Shown here one piece after another: positions 47,322-48,968 of a stretch of DNA of 48,968 nucleotides. The translations under genes and the position numbers were made by a program. The notes beneath the pieces are model-generated. The model saw only the letters and a program-made list of their open reading frames with translations. It did not search any database and was not told the origin of the DNA. Source of the DNA: a virus (Duplodnaviria > Caudoviricetes). Each line of letters begins with the position of its first letter. Position 1 is the stretch's first letter. Location of the stretch: IMG/VR virus record IMGVR_UViG_3300005323_000367, positions 1 through 48,968 of that record; one strand, 5' to 3'.

Positions 47322-48968
47322 GTGTTAAACGTAGCAATTTACTGCCGTGTCTCATCAGAAGACCAGCAAGAGCGCGGCACCATAGAAACCCAAATAGAAT
47401 TCGCAACAAAATACTGCGACCTTCACCAACTCAATATAGTCAAGTGGTACAAGGATGACGGAATCTCTGGCACCATCCCCTTCGAATCACGCCCTGAAGC
47501 ATCAATAATGCTCCAAGATGCACAAGAAAAGAAATTTGATACACTCCTATTCTATCGTCTTGATCGCTTCGGCAGGAGTGCTAGAACAATTTTGAATGGT
47601 GTCCACACTTTAGAACAGTATGGAATAAAGATTAAGTCTATGACAGAGCCTTTCGATACAGGAGATCCGGCCGGCAGATTCCTGCTTACTATCCTAGCTG
47701 GCGTAGCCGACCTTGAACGGTCAAACATTCTAGACCGCCTTTGGCATGGAGCCAATCGTGCTGCACGTAATGGTAAATGGCTCGGTGGTATTTGCCCATA
47801 TGGGTACCAAGTTGATGATGAAGGATTCCTTGCTGTTGCTACCACTCCCCTTCCTGGTTTTGAAATGTCAGAATCAGATGTCGTACAATTGATTTATGGG
47901 CTTACAACTGAGCAGCATATGAGTACCATCAAAATAGCTGATTACCTAAATGCCCTAAGCATCCCACCTAAATATGCTATAGAAGGTCGTAAGATAACTA
48001 AAGGCAAACGCAAAGAAAACACGGCTGGCGTATGGACACCTGGCCGTGTAAGAAATATGATTGTACAACCTACCTATAAAGGAATCCATCACTATGGTAA
48101 ACGCTCTAAGAAGGTGCGTGAAATAATTGAACGTGAAGTGCCGGAAATCGTTCCTGAGGATGTTTGGGAAAGTGCTCAATTAGTCTTAAAGGATAATCAA
48201 TTGGAGGCGGTACGTTGCGCTAAACACAAGTACCTACTACGCTCACTTGTTAAATGCTCATTATGCGGCTTAAACTTCTCGGGTACGCCTTACAGAGGTT
48301 CAAAAGGAGAATCTAAGACTTATTATGTATGTAATGGTAAAACCACGTATAGAGGGAAATATATGGGTAAATGCCTAGCTAAAAACATGTCTGCTGATTG
48401 GGTAGATGAAAAGGTTTGGGATGATTGTGTTGACTTTATAAACAACCCTGGTCAGTTATTAGATGGCCTATCGGCAGAAGAAGCAAGTAATCATCTTTCA
48501 ACGGAACATGAGTTACAATTGATAGCCTCCTCCCTATCTCAAAAAGATTCTGAAAAACAATCCATTCTTGATTTATATCGCAAGCAGTTGATAAATAGTA
48601 AAGATGTTGAGGACCAGCTATCCAAAATCATTAATGAAAGAGCTGCCCTTGAAGACCGGCAGAAAGAATTGAAAAACGCCCTCAATACAACTACCAATGA
48701 GGTGAATCGTAAGAAGGACGTTATTATGCTCTTGGATGACTTAAAACAAAAAATCTCAGGTGAAATCACATGGGAAACTAAGCGAAGTATTATTAAGCAG
48801 CTTGTGCGTCAAGTATTCGTTCACACGGTACATTCAGAGGACCGGGATGAACCAGAAGTAAAACTGTCTGTGAAGTTTGTTTTCGCACAGGATGTTCCAC
48901 GCACGGATGTCCGTGTGGATTCCGTGGTGATCAGCGGCAAGAATGTTCTTGTACTCCCAGTGAAGTGA
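47322..48968 (+). CDS. Large serine recombinase (integrase)
   Basis: VAIYCRVSSEDQ, DDGISG, RLDRFGR, recombinase domain, CSLCG and YYVC zinc ribbon, coiled coil. Confidence 0.96.
   Translation: MLNVAIYCRVSSEDQQERGTIETQIEFATKYCDLHQLNIVKWYKDDGISGTIPFESRPEASIMLQDAQEKKFDTLLFYRLDRFGRSARTILNGVHTLEQYGIKIKSMTEPFDTGDPAGRFLLTILAGVADLERSNILDRLWHGANRAARNGKWLGGICPYGYQVDDEGFLAVATTPLPGFEMSESDVVQLIYGLTTEQHMSTIKIADYLNALSIPPKYAIEGRKITKGKRKENTAGVWTPGRVRNMIVQPTYKGIHHYGKRSKKVREIIEREVPEIVPEDVWESAQLVLKDNQLEAVRCAKHKYLLRSLVKCSLCGLNFSGTPYRGSKGESKTYYVCNGKTTYRGKYMGKCLAKNMSADWVDEKVWDDCVDFINNPGQLLDGLSAEEASNHLSTEHELQLIASSLSQKDSEKQSILDLYRKQLINSKDVEDQLSKIINERAALEDRQKELKNALNTTTNEVNRKKDVIMLLDDLKQKISGEITWETKRSIIKQLVRQVFVHTVHSEDRDEPEVKLSVKFVFAQDVPRTDVRVDSVVISGKNVLVLPVK
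48902..48915. other. Putative att junction core
   Basis: CACGGA-TG-TCCGTG dyad exactly where the comM-like frame begins. Confidence 0.7.
48908..48968 (+). pseudogene. comM: 3' portion of interrupted comM/YifB Mg-chelatase-like ATPase gene (continues beyond window)
   Basis: Alternate frame reads CPCGFRGDQRQECSCTPSEV, matching the ComM motif NPCPCGxxGDxxxxCxC. Confidence 0.82.

Larger units (their letters stand above)
1..48909. mobile_element. Temperate siphovirus prophage integrated in comM; left end not in window
   Basis: Ordered tail, head, packaging, replication, immunity and integrase modules; comM-like reading frame begins at 48908. Confidence 0.95.

Overview
The window is most of a temperate siphovirus-type prophage with lambda-like head and tail architecture. 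Its host is a low-GC Firmicute; a Negativicutes host is my inference from the secreted accessory proteins. Reading right to left, a large serine recombinase (47322-48968) ends in a junction with the 3' half of a host comM/YifB gene (frame CPCGFRGDQRQECSCTPSEV), so the right end is an att junction inside comM. Next is a + strand accessory cluster (40245-47256): repressor, two coiled-coil paralogues, an ImmA/IrrE protease, an HsdR-N nuclease, envelope proteins, and a three-gene candidate defence operon ending in a PD-(D/E)XK nuclease. A cI/cro switch with four operators follows. The minus-strand early region encodes a Rad50-like ATPase, UvrD, SSB, HNH, an SF2 helicase, VRR-NUC, a CHC2 zinc-finger protein and an SF3 helicase, followed by an inverted iteron origin. 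A small-peptide cassette and a cos-like site precede the terminase, an HslV-like Ntn hydrolase, the portal, a protease-capsid fusion, the neck and tail genes (with a G/GT-type -1 frameshift), the tape measure and the tail tip. No lysis genes or left att site are visible; they may lie beyond position 1. Two accessory genes are broken: a GIY-YIG endonuclease (in-frame TAA) and a nucleoid-associated protein (frameshift). All family calls come from reading motifs by eye; no database search was run.
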